Sequence record: NC_006556.1
Strand: one strand, 5' to 3'
Length of the DNA stretch: 20,933 bases
Shown: positions 7,246 to 15,290 of the stretch, piece by piece
Layout: every line of letters begins with the position of its first letter
Position numbering within the stretch: position 1 is the first letter of the stretch
Program-made: the position numbers and the translations under genes
The notes under the pieces: model-generated
Databases searched by the model: none
What the model was told of the DNA's origin: nothing
What the model saw: the letters and a program-made list of their open reading frames with translations, nothing else

Positions 7246-7647
7246 ATGGCGTATAGGGTCGTCTTGGCGGCCTTGGGGGTGTTGTTAGTGGCCGCGCTAT
7301 ATCCGGTGATAGAGGGTGCCGTCAACATGCAGACGGTCACCGGCGTATATGTAGGCAACTTTACGGTATTCGGCGGCCAAGTCTATCCGGTTACGGGCTG
7401 GGGTAGGGTGTACAACGTGGCCGGTCAGACGGTAATACAGTACAACGGCATGGCGTTGGTGGCCAACGGGACGGTGATATTCGGCCATTTGGCCCAACCG
7501 CGTCAGTATACCGGCTATGTAAAGGGTCCTGCGGTGATAGCTGGCGGGATACAGATTATCACCGGTCAGCACATCAAGACGGGCGGTTATGTCTACCTCT
7601 ATCCGGGCGCAGAGGCCTACGTAGTGGACGCTTTAGTCTGGCCGTAA
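7246..7647 (+). CDS. Exported or anchored beta-rich protein
   Basis: Hydrophobic N-terminus followed by G/V/Y/T-rich strands; SD-like GGAGGT at 7229-7234. Confidence 0.75.
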   Translation: MAYRVVLAALGVLLVAALYPVIEGAVNMQTVTGVYVGNFTVFGGQVYPVTGWGRVYNVAGQTVIQYNGMALVANGTVIFGHLAQPRQYTGYVKGPAVIAGGIQIITGQHIKTGGYVYLYPGAEAYVVDALVWP

Positions 7648-7660
7648 CCCCCAATTTTTT
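7648..7660 (+). terminator. C-tract/T-tract terminator
   Basis: TAA-CCCCC-AA-TTTTTT. Confidence 0.6.
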
Positions 7661-7729
7661 ACTAACATCAAAATTTTCGGCGCCCATATTGTTCCGATAC
7701 TTATATATCCGTCTGAGCGATTCCCCCCT

Positions 7730-8116
7730 ATGAGGTGGTTATTGATTTTGGCGTTGGCGGCGGTATTGCTGGCGGTGTGGGCATATAACGTGTCCCACCC
7801 GCCACAGCCGAAAGTAGTGGTCGTAGGCCCAAGCACCAATACGGCCACACAGACGTCCCCCCCTCAACAACAACAACCGCAGTCCCAGCCGGTTATGGCG
7901 TGTCAAGGCACGCTAATCCAGTCGGGCCCCATTAGGGCGTGTAACGTGGTGTCGTATTACGGCAACATGATTGTACTACAATCGCCGGGCTGGATAACCG
8001 GCCAATTCGCCATTTCGGCCATATCTGGCCAGTGTGTGTTCAAGACGGTTGACGGCGTGCTTAGTATAGCTGGGGCTGGGTGTCAGGTTACAATTTTATA
8101 TAACGGGACTAGTTAG
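7730..8116 (+). CDS. Membrane-anchored protein with a P/Q/T-rich linker and a four-Cys beta domain
   Basis: Signal-anchor; VVVVGPSTNTAT resembles PVIVGPGTTTT of the 5710 gene; promoter TTATATATCCG at 7701-7711. Confidence 0.75.
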   Translation: MRWLLILALAAVLLAVWAYNVSHPPQPKVVVVGPSTNTATQTSPPQQQQPQSQPVMACQGTLIQSGPIRACNVVSYYGNMIVLQSPGWITGQFAISAISGQCVFKTVDGVLSIAGAGCQVTILYNGTS

Positions 8117-8358
8117 TGAATATGGTCTGGGAACTAATGAAGGGGTCCAGTAAGCCGACATATTGCGTAATTACGCCCTCCCCTACTGGGGATTTCAACG
8201 TGGCATGCGGCGACCAAATTAAGGCTAATGAATTGCTGAATATGGATAAGGCGTGTCTAGTGGAAATCCACCCAGACGGGCGTACTTTTGTTCAGTGTGA
8301 TAAAGGTCCGGCTGTATTATCGCGTATTGTGGACCTATCCAAATGGCTGAAGCGCTAA
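8116..8358 (+). CDS. Small protein with an internal 30-aa Cys-hairpin repeat
   Basis: TAGTG coupling; C-x5-P-x-G-x3-V-x-C occurs twice (residues 17-31 and 47-61). Confidence 0.7.
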   Translation: MNMVWELMKGSSKPTYCVITPSPTGDFNVACGDQIKANELLNMDKACLVEIHPDGRTFVQCDKGPAVLSRIVDLSKWLKR

Positions 8359-8825
8359 AGAAGTTACTCATAATTTTTTACCTAATAATCTTGGGTTTTT
8401 CTTGGTTACAACTACCTTGGTTTTTCGGCATTACGTCCGTTGGGGGTTTGGTGTTGACCCCCTCAAGCTATCCCTATATCCCTCCCCTTTCGCTAATCGT
8501 GACCGTCCCCACGAATACATGTGAGGGGTGGTCTGTCTATTTTGTCAACGGTACGTGGCTGGGCCTCTTTGAGATACATGTACCGGTAGTCCACTATTTC
8601 AGCGGGAGATATGAGATATTCAACATGAGGGCCTCTTTTGGTTCCAGCGTCCTAGACAATATAAAGCACTATATAGAGGCGTTGATATGGCCGGAAATGG
8701 CGGCTGTCCCGTATAACCACTCATGCGCGGCTAGGGTCATTTTCATTATACCCAGTCCTATAGTGTTAATCTCCTTTGCGGCGTTGGGTTACCACATATA
8801 CTACCGCTTTAGGCGCGTTTGGTAA
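8343..8825 (+). CDS. Divergent S26 signal peptidase (SipW/Sec11 type, Ser-His dyad)
   Basis: N-terminal TM; VLTPSSYP~VxSGSMxP (S41); PLSLIV~GDLIV; EGWSVYF~xGDIIVF; PVVHY~PIVHR (H84); AARVIFIIP~IGKVxxxIP; C-terminal TM. The GDN box is missing. Confidence 0.55.
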   Translation: MAEALKKLLIIFYLIILGFSWLQLPWFFGITSVGGLVLTPSSYPYIPPLSLIVTVPTNTCEGWSVYFVNGTWLGLFEIHVPVVHYFSGRYEIFNMRASFGSSVLDNIKHYIEALIWPEMAAVPYNHSCAARVIFIIPSPIVLISFAALGYHIYYRFRRVW

Positions 8826-8827
8826 CC

Positions 8828-8868
8828 TTTATATACGTGTGATATCTGACGTATATGGTGGTGATAAC
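8828..8868 (+). promoter_or_regulatory. Promoter with GTGATATC box
   Basis: TTTATATA at 8828-8835, GTGATATC at 8839-8846, GTGATAAC at 8861-8868; same layout as 18628-18646. Confidence 0.6.
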
Positions 8869-9631
8869 TAGGGGGTCGGCGAGTTACGTGAAAATAGGCC
8901 CCTACTTCATTAAGGTCTATGTGAAACGCGGGAAGCTGGATTCCCCATTACCGGTGGTGGGGATTTCTGGGTGTACGGAATATGGGTTCTACGCCACTAT
9001 AGACATGGACGGAAGGAGGCTGGCTAGGCGTTTTAGGCGCCATGAGCTTATCAACTACTACCGCATGTACGTGAGGGTCTCTGAGGAAGGTAAGGTTTGG
9101 ATTAATGAGCACGCCATAATCGGGCCGTTTAAAACAAAAAGCCAGGCGGTAAAGATAATGCGGGAGGCGAAAGACGACCCCAAACACCTTAGGACGTTTG
9201 TCCACTACGGCTGTCCTCATGCCGTGATACGGCTCACGCGTTTACCTAATGAGGTAGATATCATTAGGATAATAAATACAGAACTCCCTATGGGTAGGTT
9301 TATTGCGAAATACTTAAATATACAGCCGTTCAATATCCTCATGGCGGAACAATTTAGGCCCATGTATCCGGGCGTTCAGGTGGGTAGTTATCCCGATACA
9401 GTTCAAGGCTCACCTGCGGCTGAGAGGGCTGAGGAAGTCTATAAGGTGAAATACGCGGTTGGCATATGCCAAGCCCTCAAGGAGTACGACCCCCAGGCCT
9501 TCCAGGAGTACTTTGGCGGGGACATGCAGAAGTGTGTTAGGGCGGCCGGTTCCTTTGCCGACCTTAACTTTGACACGTGGAAGATTAAGTGGGGTAGGAA
9601 CCTAGGCGCCCAGATATCGGCTTTCGCATAA
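8855..9631 (+). CDS. Soluble 258-aa protein with a basic N-half; candidate nucleocapsid or structural protein
   Basis: Own promoter and terminator; RRLARRFRRH patch; heads the block of putative virion genes. The structural role is inference only. Confidence 0.6.
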   Translation: MVVITRGSASYVKIGPYFIKVYVKRGKLDSPLPVVGISGCTEYGFYATIDMDGRRLARRFRRHELINYYRMYVRVSEEGKVWINEHAIIGPFKTKSQAVKIMREAKDDPKHLRTFVHYGCPHAVIRLTRLPNEVDIIRIINTELPMGRFIAKYLNIQPFNILMAEQFRPMYPGVQVGSYPDTVQGSPAAERAEEVYKVKYAVGICQALKEYDPQAFQEYFGGDMQKCVRAAGSFADLNFDTWKIKWGRNLGAQISAFA

Positions 9632-9648
9632 CCCCTTCCTATTTTTCC
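9632..9648 (+). terminator. C-tract/T-tract terminator
   Basis: TAA-CCCC-TTCCTA-TTTTT-CC. Confidence 0.6.
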
Positions 9649-9683
9649 GATACCTTAAAATAATCGTACGCTTTTAATATCAC

Positions 9684-10004
9684 ATGGCGTACTCCCTAGT
9701 CAGGTCAATATATAAGGGCCTTAATGGCGGTGATGGTTACTATACGGTTGCGGCTAAGGCCTTTAAGTCGTTTATACTCTTAGAGGACGGAAAACTCAGC
9801 GATTGCGCCCTACAATTTTTCGCGGCTTTGCTGGAATACTACCGCCTACGCAGATTGGAAAACTACTATCGCTTGACTTTAGAGGTGTTGGAATCGTATC
9901 GGCCCTATGACAGAGACGGGCGGCTTGATGCGCTAATTCGGCGCCATAGGGAGTACTATGAAGAGCTAGTAAAGCTTAAAGCCCAAGAGGCTCAAGCTAA
10001 GTGA
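9684..10004 (+). CDS. Helical hypothetical protein (106 aa)
   Basis: TATA TTAAAATA at 9655-9662; AATATCAC directly before the ATG. Confidence 0.75.
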   Translation: MAYSLVRSIYKGLNGGDGYYTVAAKAFKSFILLEDGKLSDCALQFFAALLEYYRLRRLENYYRLTLEVLESYRPYDRDGRLDALIRRHREYYEELVKLKAQEAQAK

Positions 10005-10225
10005 TGGACGTAACTGCGATTGTCCAGATACTGAGCCTCACGTGGAATCTAATCTATCAATTCCTATCCGTAGTCTTTACCCTTATACAGAACCCAATTT
10101 CCGCCATTATAGGCGGCATTATCTTGGCGTTTATACCTAGGTATATACTCTGGGCCGTGGGTCTGGCTTTGGTGGTCTACGGCGTTCTGGCGCTCATAGC
10201 CCCCATGATTCATTTGCCTATCTAA
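10004..10225 (+). CDS. Small hydrophobic protein (73 aa), candidate envelope protein
   Basis: TGATG coupling; amphipathic helix plus two TM-like segments. Confidence 0.7.
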   Translation: MDVTAIVQILSLTWNLIYQFLSVVFTLIQNPISAIIGGIILAFIPRYILWAVGLALVVYGVLALIAPMIHLPI

Positions 10226-10428
10226 TGTCCAAGGCTGAGGAAATAAGGAAGCTTATCACGGAAAAGCGGTTTAGTGAGGCCATGCGCCAAGTAAAGGATA
10301 TCCTTTCGTCTAGGGGCGTCTATGTACACAGAATTTCGGTGGTCTATGTCAGCGGGAACAAAATAGTCGTGATCACAGCTGACGGCATAAAGATAGTGGT
10401 GACCGAGACAGAGGTCATAATCGCGTAA
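10225..10428 (+). CDS. Small hypothetical protein (67 aa)
   Basis: TAATG coupling; helix-helix followed by beta strands. Confidence 0.7.
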   Translation: MSKAEEIRKLITEKRFSEAMRQVKDILSSRGVYVHRISVVYVSGNKIVVITADGIKIVVTETEVIIA

Positions 10429-10457
10429 ATTAATAATAAGACCTTTCAATTAAGACT

Positions 10458-11183
10458 ATGATAATACCGTTTAGCCTAGGGGCGTTGGCCGGATTGTTGA
10501 TAATAGCGTTCTTTGCCAGGCGCCAAATCATATTCGCCTTGGTGGCAATATTTATATCGGGCGCTTTGGCTGGGGTTGCCGGCTCAATCTACTATTCGTT
10601 TATGGCTATGTATTTGGCGGCGTTGACTATATACATTATCGTCCAAGAGGAAGGCCGTATTGTTGAGCGGGCGTTGGCGTTGTATCTAGGCACTTTGGCC
10701 ATTTGGCTGTCGGATAATAGCGCGGCGGCCTCAGCACTATCCCTAATAGCGTATCAATTAGTGATGCCGCTATTCCAGGCCATAAACAACGTCTTTGTCC
10801 AGGCGGGCATAGCGTTCTCTGGCCTACTGGCTTGGTCTATAGTGGCTAGGCGGATTATGACTGTGGCTGAGGAATTTCCGCTAATAGGGGCCGGCTATGT
10901 GTATCTGGCTTATTCCATATTGGCGCCTATGGTCATGACGTTGCCCGACTATCTGAAACTGGCCTTGGGGCTGGCCCTAATTGGGCCGTTCAGCCAAGCC
11001 GTCAAGGGTGACCTAGAGGCGCTTGAGGAAATAGCGCCCTTCCTCTGGCTATTGCCGATACCGATAGATACGGTCAAGGTGATAGGCGCGGCTGTGGCCA
11101 TAATAGAGTTGGCGCTAGGCGTGCTGTCCAAGAAGCGGCTATTGGCGTCCGCCATGTGGGCTGAGGCGATATTGCTGGCATGA
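10458..11183 (+). CDS. Multi-pass membrane protein (241 aa)
   Basis: Ala/Leu/Ile-rich hydrophobic segments throughout; ATGA overlap with the next gene. Confidence 0.8.
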   Translation: MIIPFSLGALAGLLIIAFFARRQIIFALVAIFISGALAGVAGSIYYSFMAMYLAALTIYIIVQEEGRIVERALALYLGTLAIWLSDNSAAASALSLIAYQLVMPLFQAINNVFVQAGIAFSGLLAWSIVARRIMTVAEEFPLIGAGYVYLAYSILAPMVMTLPDYLKLALGLALIGPFSQAVKGDLEALEEIAPFLWLLPIPIDTVKVIGAAVAIIELALGVLSKKRLLASAMWAEAILLA

Positions 11184-12052
11184 GCTATATACCGGACTTA
11201 TCGCGTTTTGGCGTCCTAGGCATATTGGCGCTTTTTGTTCCGTCATTTGTATACGGCGCTATGACTATGTACCTAGGCGTGGCTAACGGCTGGCTATTCC
11301 TAATCCAGTTGCTGGCCCTAATCGCGATTATTGCCCACTACAAAAATTTCAGTGAGGCCGTACTATTCGCCTTGGGGGCGGCTTTCGGCGGCTTGACCAC
11401 CCAATTTATAGGCATAAAGTGGCTAGTNGTAGACGCCCTATCGCCGGCACTATACGTTCTACTGTCTATGGTCAACACTATAGAAAAGGCGTTTTACTTG
11501 GGTATCGCCTTGGGCATGGTGGGCTTTCTACTGGCCCCCATAGTCTTTATCGTGACGACATTAGTATCGCTGGCCGCCATGCTTATACTAAGGCTCAGCG
11601 GCCTACTTTATGAGGCCGTGAATCTAGTGGTCCACGGCCTTAGGCATGTCCCAGAGGGGTATAGGGCGTTGTTGGCCCCTTGGATAGGGTCCGTCATGAT
11701 TGCCCTACCGATAGCTGTGTTGGGCGGCATGTTCCTTTCGGCGTTGGCTTTAGTTGTTGGGGCGGTAGTTGGGGGCGCTTTGGTGGGCATGTTGGGCACG
11801 GCCTCTGAGGTGTCTGCGTTGGCCGGATTCATAATACCGACGTTGCTGACAAGACCCCAAACCAAGACAATCGCAGAGGTGTTGATGGACATGGGCGCCC
11901 TATTCTTGGGGGTGATGTTGGTGGGCTATGGGGTAGTCCAGGTGTTGTGGACGGCGGGATATGCGGCCATATCTACACGCCACGCCAGTAGGGGGTTCTA
12001 CCTTATCGGACTTTCTGCAATAACTGCGGTGTTGATAGGTGCCGCTCACTAA
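11180..12052 (+). CDS. Multi-pass membrane protein (290 aa)
   Basis: About 9 hydrophobic Gly/Ala/Leu-rich segments. Confidence 0.8.
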   Translation: MSYIPDLSRFGVLGILALFVPSFVYGAMTMYLGVANGWLFLIQLLALIAIIAHYKNFSEAVLFALGAAFGGLTTQFIGIKWLXVDALSPALYVLLSMVNTIEKAFYLGIALGMVGFLLAPIVFIVTTLVSLAAMLILRLSGLLYEAVNLVVHGLRHVPEGYRALLAPWIGSVMIALPIAVLGGMFLSALALVVGAVVGGALVGMLGTASEVSALAGFIIPTLLTRPQTKTIAEVLMDMGALFLGVMLVGYGVVQVLWTAGYAAISTRHASRGFYLIGLSAITAVLIGAAH

Positions 12053-12066
12053 ACCCCCCTTTTTCT
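12053..12066 (+). terminator. C-tract/T-tract terminator
   Basis: TAA-A-CCCCCC-TTTTT-CTT. Confidence 0.6.
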
Positions 12067-12152
12067 TGAGCCACGTTACTACGGCGTATTTTTCTACAAA
12101 CATATTTTCTCCCCTTTACAATACCCAGAGGCTGCATTTAGATAAAGGTAAA
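12067..12152 (+). repeat. Dispersed intergenic repeat, copy B (longest)
   Basis: 12067-12136 is 65/70 identical to 18533-18602; 12092-12152 is 58/61 identical to 5635-5695. Confidence 0.95.
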
Positions 12153-12154
12153 GA

Positions 12155-12171
12155 GATATCACAGTGATAAC
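12155..12171. promoter_or_regulatory. Imperfect inverted repeat (operator-like) over a start codon
   Basis: GATATCAC-A-GTGATAAC (7/8 symmetric) covers GTG 12164. Confidence 0.5.
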
Positions 12172-12796
12172 ATTTATAAACACGGGGATTCTCTTACCTA
12201 TGGACTCACTAGAAATGGACGCGGAATACGAATGGGACCTAGACGAAATAAACTCCCTAGAGTTCTGGCTGGACGCGATTTCATTTGTGTTGCCGCATAT
12301 AGAGGACCTACCGTTGGAACAACAAATAGAGTACGTGAGGACTTGGGGCCAGACGGTTGCCAAGGCGCGTGCCATGAGAGTGGGGGAGGGGGGGTACAAT
12401 AAGGAGGCTGTGGACTTCATGGCCGATATGGTGGTTGCCGGCAAATTCGGCGTGGTGGGGCCAAACATCACTAGGGAGTTGTACGAATACGTGAGGACTT
12501 TCGGGGTGGACCAATTCCTATTTGAGGCGCGTGATGTGTTAAAGGCGGCGTACCCCCAGATTAGGAGGGCGTCTCAGTACTACCTATCAATACCGGCGGA
12601 CGCCTATATCGATATAGTGTCTTATGCCGCCCAAGGCAAATACGACGACATAAGGAGGTACGCGGAAATGTTGATAGAGGAAGGGCGGTCACCTAGGTCG
12701 GTGTATTTCAACCTCTACTACATAGCCCGGGCCACAGGCGATAGGGAGATATACGGGATAGCTAGGGAGATAGAGAGGCTTTCGCGGAAACGTTAA
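12164..12796 (+). CDS. Helical protein with a very acidic N-terminus (210 aa)
   Basis: MDSLEMDAEYEWDLDEINSLEFWLD; TATA-like TTTAGATA at 12137-12144 lies inside repeat B. Confidence 0.8.
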   Translation: MITFINTGILLPMDSLEMDAEYEWDLDEINSLEFWLDAISFVLPHIEDLPLEQQIEYVRTWGQTVAKARAMRVGEGGYNKEAVDFMADMVVAGKFGVVGPNITRELYEYVRTFGVDQFLFEARDVLKAAYPQIRRASQYYLSIPADAYIDIVSYAAQGKYDDIRRYAEMLIEEGRSPRSVYFNLYYIARATGDREIYGIAREIERLSRKR

Positions 12797-12823
12797 TATA
12801 TAAACCAATTCAATCATTTTTTC

Positions 12824-13351
12824 ATGGCTAGATATCCGGTACCTATGGTTCTGGCGGCCGCGATAGTCATAGGTGTAGTGTACGTAGTGGTCAACGCCAA
12901 CATCACTACGCCTTCCGTTTCGCCTTTCCTAAAGCAATATAACACAACTGCGGTTGGCGGCACTTTTAAGGGCGTGGTCTACGCCAACACTACGGGCAAA
13001 ATCTACTACGGCATGTTGCCCATTTATGGGGTCGTATACAGCACAACTACTACCGCGCTCAACTACACCATGGGCGGGAAGACTTTCACGGTTTGTTACG
13101 CTAACGGCTATGCCACGCCTTTGGTCAACATGACTGCCGGCACATGCACCAGTACGGTGGCCCTCTTGGCCGGCATGAAGGTTGTGAATGGGACGGTTAC
13201 CCTAATGCTCAACAACGGCACCACTATAGCTGTGCCTCTCAACTACATAGCCAACGGGCCGGTGGACATAGCCGTTGGCCAGTACGACACTACCGGCCAA
13301 AAGGCGTACGTAATTTACATGCCCTCTGGCGGGTCCGTCGTAGTTAAATAA
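12824..13351 (+). CDS. Exported beta-rich glycoprotein, RxPIPL-signal family
   Basis: MARYPVPMVLAAAIVIG|VVYVVV; 7 sequons; two Cys pairs; TATA at 12793-12804. Confidence 0.8.
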   Translation: MARYPVPMVLAAAIVIGVVYVVVNANITTPSVSPFLKQYNTTAVGGTFKGVVYANTTGKIYYGMLPIYGVVYSTTTTALNYTMGGKTFTVCYANGYATPLVNMTAGTCTSTVALLAGMKVVNGTVTLMLNNGTTIAVPLNYIANGPVDIAVGQYDTTGQKAYVIYMPSGGSVVVK

Positions 13352-13373
13352 AAAACCCCAAATATTTTTCCTC

Positions 13374-14186
13374 ATGGAGTGGAAGAGATTTCCGATTCCG
13401 CTAATTCTGGCGGCTGTATTAGTAGGCGCAGTGTTGATAATAATCACGATAAACGTGACCGTACCCAAGGCGTTCTATGCCTCAAGCGGCAACGCCACGA
13501 TAACCCTATATGCTGGGTCGCCCTATATGTACTACGACACTTGGCCGGGCACGGTAACCGTGAATGTCGTAAGCGGTACGGCGGCATTTACTACTACTAT
13601 ATACTACGGCATTATGTTGCCGTCGTACAACGCCTATACGCCACTCATAGCTATCCTAACAAATGCGCCTAAGGCGTTCTACACGACCTCTACGTGGTCT
13701 ATATCCACGCCAGTGGGTTCCCGCGCCATAAAGTTGTGGCTTGAGCAGGATTCGAGTGGCGGGTGGTGGTTGGTCGTGGAAGACACAAACCAAGCGGTTT
13801 ATCCCGTGTGTGCCGTGTATAAAATGAACATGACCTCACTGTCCTTAAGCGGTGCCACGTATTATTTGTTCTACCCAATACCCACTACCGCCACGTCCAC
13901 TACCGCGCCAATTCCGTCAGAATGTGGCGGTGACTACACTTTGGTCCAATCGTGGAGTTTCAGCGGTGGAAATATAGTGGGTACAAACGTCTATAGCGGG
14001 ACCACCCGTGTGGCCAGTAGGGGTCTGACCGCAACTACTGCGTCTTCTGTATCCTACACGACCCAATATCTACAATATCCGGGCATAAATAGGACGGACC
14101 TCACTGTGTTTTACATAGAAACGGGATATGCCGTGGCGTTCAATCAGGTTAACAACCCAATTACCGTCACGATAACCCACAGCTAA
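13374..14186 (+). CDS. Exported beta-rich glycoprotein, RxPIPL-signal family
   Basis: MEWKRFPIPLILAAVLVGA|VLIIITINV; T/Y/S-rich; ends in a beta strand. Confidence 0.8.
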   Translation: MEWKRFPIPLILAAVLVGAVLIIITINVTVPKAFYASSGNATITLYAGSPYMYYDTWPGTVTVNVVSGTAAFTTTIYYGIMLPSYNAYTPLIAILTNAPKAFYTTSTWSISTPVGSRAIKLWLEQDSSGGWWLVVEDTNQAVYPVCAVYKMNMTSLSLSGATYYLFYPIPTTATSTTAPIPSECGGDYTLVQSWSFSGGNIVGTNVYSGTTRVASRGLTATTASSVSYTTQYLQYPGINRTDLTVFYIETGYAVAFNQVNNPITVTITHS

Positions 14187-14200
14187 TCCCCCTTTTTCCT
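14187..14200 (+). terminator. C-tract/T-tract terminator
   Basis: TAA-T-CCCCC-TTTTT-CCT. Confidence 0.6.
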
Positions 14201-14235
14201 CTAAGCTCAGTTGTTTTTAAGGGATATAGTAGGGC

Positions 14236-14538
14236 ATGAACACCAAACCCAAACTCGTGGAAAAAGAATTCGCAATAATCTACGACGGTAAGTACCTAAT
14301 ATTCGCGGGAATCAAGCCGGAACTTGGGATAAACATGTTGGCCCTATTCGGGCCGGACACTAGGTGTGATATCTGTGGGAGGAAGATAGGGTACGGCCCC
14401 TATATGGTCGTGGCTGAGAAATACGGCGAAAAAGGCCATGTGGTTTGTGGGAAGTGCATGAACTCTCCCGACTTTAAGCCGGTAGTGGAAAAAATGAGAC
14501 GTAGGGCTTTAGGTAGTCGGCGTCAAAACAATATTTGA
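14236..14538 (+). CDS. Zinc-finger protein (CxxC...CxxC)
   Basis: CDIC and CGKC with a basic C-terminal helix; 30-nt convergent overlap with the next gene. Confidence 0.75.
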   Translation: MNTKPKLVEKEFAIIYDGKYLIFAGIKPELGINMLALFGPDTRCDICGRKIGYGPYMVVAEKYGEKGHVVCGKCMNSPDFKPVVEKMRRRALGSRRQNNI

Positions 14539-15261
14539 GGCGGCGTTTGTCATAAAGAAATAGCCCATTATTATTTTGAAACTACCGAAATCGTAGAGGT
14601 TGTATCCACCTATCGTGGACCCAGGCGATATGCTGAGAGTGCCGGTGTAGATACGGGTGGGCCAGCCGGTTGACCAACTTCCAAGTGAGCATGAATACCA
14701 ATTGCCCACGACTACAATCCAGTTTGCTGAGCCGATTAGGCTATTTTCTATACTGCATATCGTAGACTCTTTGCCGCTCACGTCACTCTGTGAGGCCAGC
14801 GTGAATAGGTACTCACTTCCCGCAGTGGCGGCAACCTTCCACACAAACGCGGCTGAGTAGGCTGAGCCGGTGGCTGAGTTGTAGACTTGGAATACCGTGA
14901 GCACTAGGCCGCTATTGTTGTAGACGTAGAACTTGGCCGTGCCAAGCTGATATCCCGTCCCGCTAGGTATCTGGCCTATAGAGGCCGCCAGGGCGTGATA
15001 TTTTGTATAGCCGGAATATGAGGAACTATCGCCTATGTGGTCTATATAGGTTATACTGGTGACGTTGGCGCTCACTACTGTCAACTTCCCGCCTATGACG
15101 AAATCGGTAGTTACCGCGGGCGCAACTACCGTATAGGTGGTTCCGTTAAATGTGACGTATTTGGGGTTGTACGAATATACATATTTGATACTGACCACGA
15201 TAACTATCGTAACTGCGGCTGTGAATACGGCGGCCAGTATTAGGGGGATTGGAATCCGCAT
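14509..15261 (-). CDS. Exported beta-rich protein, RxPIPL-signal family (reverse orientation)
   Basis: MRIPIPLILAAVFTAA|VTIVIVVS; minus-strand stop followed by CCCT...TTTTTT. Confidence 0.8.
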   Translation of the reverse strand: MRIPIPLILAAVFTAAVTIVIVVSIKYVYSYNPKYVTFNGTTYTVVAPAVTTDFVIGGKLTVVSANVTSITYIDHIGDSSSYSGYTKYHALAASIGQIPSGTGYQLGTAKFYVYNNSGLVLTVFQVYNSATGSAYSAAFVWKVAATAGSEYLFTLASQSDVSGKESTICSIENSLIGSANWIVVVGNWYSCSLGSWSTGWPTRIYTGTLSISPGSTIGGYNLYDFGSFKIIMGYFFMTNAASNIVLTPTT

Positions 15262-15290
15262 AAATATATTTTAGGCTATTATATTTTGCC
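15262..15290. promoter_or_regulatory. 29-bp divergent promoter region
   Basis: AT-rich gap between the starts at 15261 (-) and 15291 (+), with a TATA-like element near each end. Confidence 0.45.

Noticed and set aside
11900-12103. Minus-strand ORF starting inside repeat B (GGAG + ATG, MFVEKYAVVTW...)
   Set aside because: The ATG is AGG in copy C and the frame stops after 7 codons in copy A; the rest is antisense to a real membrane gene.
12382-12394. G5-A-G7 run as a slippage or phase-variation site
   Set aside because: It encodes ordinary V-G-E-G-G in an intact frame and the run is short.
14500-15290. Invertible (shufflon or phase-variable) segment around the reversed paralog
   Set aside because: No inverted repeats at the flanks, the leader-coding DNA of the paralogs differs at synonymous sites, and there is no recombinase gene.
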